Assembly: GCA_039815185.1 (NCBI GenBank)
Contig: JBCBZT010000013.1
Span: forward strand, 93,858 to 157,857
Source: Cyanobacteria bacterium P01_A01_bin.123
Lineage (GTDB): Bacteria > Cyanobacteriota > Cyanobacteriia > Phormidesmidales > Phormidesmidaceae
DNA: 64,000 bases
Direction of reading: 5' to 3'
This document shows, in pieces, positions 60,301 through 64,000 of this stretch (position 1 is its first letter; each line of letters opens with the position of its first letter). The notes under the pieces were generated by a model. The model ran no database searches. It was given only the letters and a program-made list of their open reading frames with translations, and was not told the DNA's origin. A program made the position numbers and the translations under genes.

Positions 60301-63300
60301 ATGGGCATTCCCCCGACTCCGCCTATGCCTTTGCCGCCTATGGGGTCATTTTGTGTGGCCTGTTTGAAAACTTTGAGCGGGGTTATCGGTTTGGGCAGGG
60401 GGCATTATCCCTGTTGGAACGCTTTAATGCCCAGGATCAGCAGGCCAAGATCCTAATGGCCGTTCACAATTTTATTAACCACTGGAAATATCCGCTTGAG
60501 GTTGGTGCTAGGGAGCTACTGGGGGCCTATCAGGTCGCACTGGAGAATGGCGATACTGAGTTTGCGACTTTCAACGTCTATTTGCATTGCTACCAAAGCT
60601 ATTGCAGTGGTCAGTCCCTAACCACGTTGGAGAGCGATCTACGCACCTATACCCAGGCCGTAGATCAACTCAACCAGGTGGCTATTTCTAACCTCATGCG
60701 GCTCTACCATCAGGTCGTGCTCAATCTGATGGGACACAGTGATGATCCGCTTTATCTGCAAGGTGAACGTTACGACGAGGCGCAGGCGCTGCCCCAAGCG
60801 CAGGAAACAAACCACCGCACAACCCTGTTTGACATTTATTTTCAGAAACTGGTTCTGAACTGTTTGTTTGGTTGCTATCGACAGGCCGTGGCTAACGGTG
60901 AGCAGGCAAAGCAGTATTTGGGTGGCGCGATCGCGACGCCTTCTATTCCCTTATTTCGGTTTTACGATGCCTTGGCCCGCCTGGGCCAGTTGCGCTCAGA
61001 TAGCCCAGCTTGGAAACGGTCATGGAAAACGCAATGGATCGTCAGTCGTCACCTAGCCAAACTACGCCGATGGGCGGGTTACAACCCGGCAACCCTGGCC
61101 CACAAAGTTTCACTCATCGAAGCCGAGAGGTATCGCGTCCGGGGACGCTTTGCCCAAGCCCTAGAAGCCTATGACCGGGCCATTGCCCAGGCGAAAATCC
61201 AGGGATTCCTGCAAGAACAGGCCTTGGCCAATGAATTGGCCGCAAAATGCCTACTCAGCTATCAAAAGCCGCACCTGGCCCAGGTGTACTTGATCCAGGC
61301 TTACTACGACTATGCTCGCTGGGGTGCCCAGGTCAAAGTTGAAGACCTCAAAGCCCATTATCCGGATCTGCTGCGCCCTGTCCTCCAAACCGATTTCACG
61401 TCCCATACCGACAACCGTTCCGCAGCGCTGGATCTGGCCTCGGTGATCAAAACCTCCCAGGCGTTGTCACAACCCTTGCAGCGAGATCAGTTACTCTCAG
61501 TACTGATGAGCGTTCTGTTGGAGACCGCTGGGGCAGCCTGGGGGGCAATTGTCTTAAACGAAAATAATCAGCTACAGGTGGCTGCCGAACTCGAAGCGGT
61601 TCCACCCCAGCAGTCTTCATCTCAGCCGCTGCAGATTGACCCGCCCTTTACTCCCTATCCGCTTGATGCCGGCACTGATCTACCCAAAACCGTTTTGCAT
61701 TACGTGCAGCACACCCTGCATCTCTTGGTCGTTGATGATGCCAGTACCCTAGACGAAGCGGATCATCTATCAGATCACATTTCAACCCAGACTGATATCT
61801 ACCCGTGCTTACCCCTCACTTTTCAAAATGATGACTATTTACTGGAATACCAACCCAAATCCATCCTTTGTGCCCCTATCCACAATCAGGGGCGATTGAT
61901 TGCATTGGTGTATCTGGAAAATGCTGATGTAATCGGGGCCTTCAACCGTCAGCGGTTAACCGTGCTGCAACTGCTAATGGCCCAAGCTGCTATTTCTCTA
62001 CGTAATGCTCAGCTCTACGAACAGTTAGAAGACGACTCGCGCAACTTAGCCACCAAGGTGGCAGAGCGTACCCAAGCCCTAGAACAAGAAATTCGCGATC
62101 GCCAGGCTGTTGAAGTTGATCTCCGGTTTTCTGAGGAAACCTTTTCCAAGGCCTTCCATGCCAGTCCCAATCCAGCCGTGATTTCTCGGCTCGAGGATGG
62201 CTACGTGCTGGAAGTCAACGATAGTTTTTGTGAGGTCGCGGGTTATAGCCGGGGTCAAGTGATTGGGCGCACCAGCGCGGAACTCAACCTTTGGGTGGCG
62301 CTTAAAGATCGTGAACAGCTCGTAGAGCAGCTACAAACCCAAGGTGGTGTGCGCAATCAGGAGTTTCAGTTTCGCAACCAAGCCGGAGAAATTCGCACCG
62401 TTTTGCTATCGGCAGAGATGATTAAGATCAAAGGCACTTCCTGTTTATTAACGGCTGCCAGCGACATCACCCAACGTAAACAAATTGAAGAAACGCTCAA
62501 GCAGGCAAAAGAGACGGCTGAAGCCGTGAGCCGAGCCAAAAGCGATTTCTTATCACGCATGAGCCACGAACTGCGGACGCCTTTAAACAGCATTTTGGGA
62601 TTTACTCAACTAATGGCGGCAGATCCCACGACCTCTGCAAAGCACCAAGAGCAACTGGGTATTGTTGAACGTAGCAGCGAACATTTGCTGGCGCTAATTA
62701 CCGATACCCTGATGATGTCCAAAATTGAATCGGGTCAAATTGAACTCGATATTAAACGCTGTGATTTGCATCATGTGCTGGGTAATTTGAAAGACATGAT
62801 GCAGCTCAAAGCCAATGGCAAGGGGCTGGGTCTGAGGTTTGAATACGACCGCCTACCCCGCTGGATTCAGACCGATGAAGTGAAGCTAAGGCAGATTTTG
62901 ATCAATCTGTTGAGCAACGCGATTAAATTCACCGACCAGGGGACGGTCACGTTGCGAGGTTTGCTCCCCTCTACTGCGTCAACAGCCAAAAACGCAATAC
63001 AGTTTGAAATTGAAGACACCGGCCCCGGTATCCCTGAAGCTGAGTTGGCGGGGCTCTTTCAACCTTTTTATCAAACTCAGCTAGGACGTTATACCCAGGA
63101 AGGCAGCGGCTTGGGATTGAGTATTTGCAAAAGCTTTGTTGAGCTTCTAGGGGGGGAGATCAGTGTTCGTAGTCAGCTCCATCAAGGGAGTTGTTTTCGT
63201 TTCCATATCCAAGCGGTTGTCCTCCCGGACTCCAACCCAGCCCTATTGGGTCAAGCAATGACGGCAGTGAAGGGATTAGCCCCCGACCAACCCAGCTATC

Positions 63301-63752
63301 GAATTTTGGTGGCGGAAGACGATGCCATGAGTCAAGTGGTGATGAAACGATTGCTCACAGGTCTGGGCTTTCAAGTCAAAATTGCTGGCAACGGAGAAGA
63401 AGCCGTGGCCCTTTGGCAGCAGTGGTCTCCCCATTTGATTTGGATGGACATGGGGATGCCCGGCTTGAATGGACAAGCTGCGACTCAGCAAATCCGAAAA
63501 TTAGAAATTAAAACAGCCCAGCCTCCGTTAACTAATTCGATAACGGTTGTGGTAGGCGAATCAGTTACTGATTTAAAGACAACTCCTGGCCCAATCCGCA
63601 CTAAAATCATCGCACTCACCGCCAATGCCTTTGAGGAAGACCGCCTCGCCATGTTGGCAGCGGGTTGTGATGATTTTGTCAGTAAGCCTTTTCGCAGGGA
63701 TGTGCTTTTGGCTAAGTTAGCGGAACATTTAGGGGTCAGATATTGTGAGTAA
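57354..63752 (+). CDS. Giant hybrid kinase: Ser/Thr kinase-like, AAA ATPase, GAF, PAS, His kinase and receiver domains (HstK/Pkn-type)
   Basis: YLSPEQTGRMNR, GYSGIGKT, FLDDLQWAD, FLHDRVQQAAY, GAF (YLEN), PAS, SHELRTPL, GSGLGL and the receiver motifs WMD...KP. Confidence 0.92.
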   Translation: MVLITGYRSIETLYEGPRTMVLRGQPLNSASNQVIHSAVADLANNTVILKCLKADYPTLFELLCYRNHYTIAKALNLPGIVKPHRLIPHGHSYILVLEDFGGMPLAEYVETHTVSSEQKLRIALGLTEILGTLHQQRVIHKCLEPRHILIHPTTGEVKLTDFSIASLLPRETQILKSPGHLEGSLAYLSPEQTGRMNRGIDYRSDFYALGVTLYELFTGYLPFETQDPMALLHCHIAQSPIPPTQRNAAVPTGISAIILKLMAKMAEDRYQSEFGLHHDLQHCLQAYQANAQIPRFPLGTQDRCDRFQIPEKLYGRETEAVTLLAAFDRVANGNRSHPAEHGEAPSDQAELVLISGYSGIGKTALVNEVHKPIVRQRGYFIKGKFDQLRRSMPLFALIQAFQHLLRQLLTESSEALGQWQERILAVLGENAQVIVEVLPELEQIIGSQPPVPTLSPSAAQHRFVHLFGRFIRVFATAAHPLVIFLDDLQWADAASLNLIYHSFCETELPHLLVIGAYRDNEVGPGHPLALTLTDIRQKRAVTPIRLTPLDASSLNKLVADTLQCQRQRARPLTDLVMQKTQGNPFFATQFLKSLHEEGLITFDREAGYWQCDIAQIQPRSITPDVVEFMATRLRKLPPETQTVLSLAACMGNDFNLATLALIHGCDRHETAAQLWPALQWGLVLPTSEIYRFFQASEFDAAIPTDETLSSLPEEIASPESSDETTPTYRFLHDRVQQAAYSLIPENQRPQTHLRIGRLLWHNMSHPEEHIFATLNALNQGTALITDESEALAIAQLNLTGGQKAKVATAYDVASNYLQTALSLLPSGCWQSHYRLTLALHDAAAEVAYLRGDFSAMEPLIQTVLTQARSLLDCINVYEVRIQAHTARNQPLAAVAVALEVLRQLGVQLPLKPTKGHVLIALARTEWALLGKPMHRLVNWPAASDPTQLAVRQIMRSMSSSAYNAVPDLLPLLALKALEQSIYHGHSPDSAYAFAAYGVILCGLFENFERGYRFGQGALSLLERFNAQDQQAKILMAVHNFINHWKYPLEVGARELLGAYQVALENGDTEFATFNVYLHCYQSYCSGQSLTTLESDLRTYTQAVDQLNQVAISNLMRLYHQVVLNLMGHSDDPLYLQGERYDEAQALPQAQETNHRTTLFDIYFQKLVLNCLFGCYRQAVANGEQAKQYLGGAIATPSIPLFRFYDALARLGQLRSDSPAWKRSWKTQWIVSRHLAKLRRWAGYNPATLAHKVSLIEAERYRVRGRFAQALEAYDRAIAQAKIQGFLQEQALANELAAKCLLSYQKPHLAQVYLIQAYYDYARWGAQVKVEDLKAHYPDLLRPVLQTDFTSHTDNRSAALDLASVIKTSQALSQPLQRDQLLSVLMSVLLETAGAAWGAIVLNENNQLQVAAELEAVPPQQSSSQPLQIDPPFTPYPLDAGTDLPKTVLHYVQHTLHLLVVDDASTLDEADHLSDHISTQTDIYPCLPLTFQNDDYLLEYQPKSILCAPIHNQGRLIALVYLENADVIGAFNRQRLTVLQLLMAQAAISLRNAQLYEQLEDDSRNLATKVAERTQALEQEIRDRQAVEVDLRFSEETFSKAFHASPNPAVISRLEDGYVLEVNDSFCEVAGYSRGQVIGRTSAELNLWVALKDREQLVEQLQTQGGVRNQEFQFRNQAGEIRTVLLSAEMIKIKGTSCLLTAASDITQRKQIEETLKQAKETAEAVSRAKSDFLSRMSHELRTPLNSILGFTQLMAADPTTSAKHQEQLGIVERSSEHLLALITDTLMMSKIESGQIELDIKRCDLHHVLGNLKDMMQLKANGKGLGLRFEYDRLPRWIQTDEVKLRQILINLLSNAIKFTDQGTVTLRGLLPSTASTAKNAIQFEIEDTGPGIPEAELAGLFQPFYQTQLGRYTQEGSGLGLSICKSFVELLGGEISVRSQLHQGSCFRFHIQAVVLPDSNPALLGQAMTAVKGLAPDQPSYRILVAEDDAMSQVVMKRLLTGLGFQVKIAGNGEEAVALWQQWSPHLIWMDMGMPGLNGQAATQQIRKLEIKTAQPPLTNSITVVVGESVTDLKTTPGPIRTKIIALTANAFEEDRLAMLAAGCDDFVSKPFRRDVLLAKLAEHLGVRYCE

Positions 63753-63861
63753 TTCGGTGGCTTAGCCGATGCCGTATTCACAATCACGTTGGCTGCTCCA
63801 TGAATCAAGCTAGCCTCTCCGTAGCAGCACAATTCAACACACAGCCATTCGGATTTTACTT

Positions 63862-64000
63862 AGGGTTTGCTGAAAAAAGCTGTAACAGTTTCAGCACAAA
63901 GCTTTAGGGAATCAAAAGCGAGATTCAAGTGCAAGGAAAAAGCCGATAATTGGTTCAATCCCTTGCACTTGTCTTGCCGATGTACCGTCGTCCTAGTCCC
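63862..64000 (+). mobile_element. Probable left end of an IS5-family insertion sequence, with the transposase starting at 63980
   Basis: Terminus-like AGGGTTTGCTGAA and an ORF start MYRRPSP resemble cyanobacterial IS5 elements (from memory). An 11-bp inverted repeat CAAGTGCAAGG/CCTTGCACTTG lies before the ATG. Truncated by the window edge. Confidence 0.6.

Larger units (their letters stand above)
1173..62102. repeat. HIP1 (GCGATCGC), highly iterated across the window
   Basis: Dozens of copies in genes and intergenic DNA (e.g. 1173, 6011, 14882, 39129), a hallmark of many cyanobacterial genomes. Confidence 0.9.

Overview
This window is cyanobacterial chromosome: the HIP1 octamer GCGATCGC recurs throughout, and Hik2, NblS/Hik33, CtpC-like proteases and Uma2 genes are present. 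The gene content fits a Leptolyngbya-like filamentous strain (inference). Housekeeping genes include the thrC 3' end with a MoaD/ThiS partner, two tandem ctpC-like proteases, ispG, pepA, aat, hik2, an HtrA protease, nblS, purD, ureC and a dpp/opp-type ABC system. There is also a gas-vesicle operon (gvpA-C-N-J-[small ORF]-K-F-G), several large PAS/GAF signalling genes and a few accessory islets. The strongest leads are: (1) the GvpC-like protein and GvpN both end in the same extra winged-helix-like domain; (2) an AT-rich 539-aa ORF with a HEPN-like RxxxxH motif lies between a truncated antitoxin-like gene and a divergent XRE/small-gene pair separated by four operator-like palindromes, a candidate defence islet; (3) a PecS/UrtR-type MarR regulator with five visible operator boxes sits next to a secreted Rid protein and a DMT exporter; (4) an uncharacterised Rieske plus His-motif helical protein has twin operator-like boxes upstream; (5) a 30-bp in-frame mini-element is inserted in a Uma2 gene; (6) the giant hybrid kinase has a degenerate Ser/Thr kinase catalytic loop. 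An IS5-family element probably starts at the right edge. No tRNA, rRNA or CRISPR array was recognised. All family calls come from motif recognition by eye, not from database searches.
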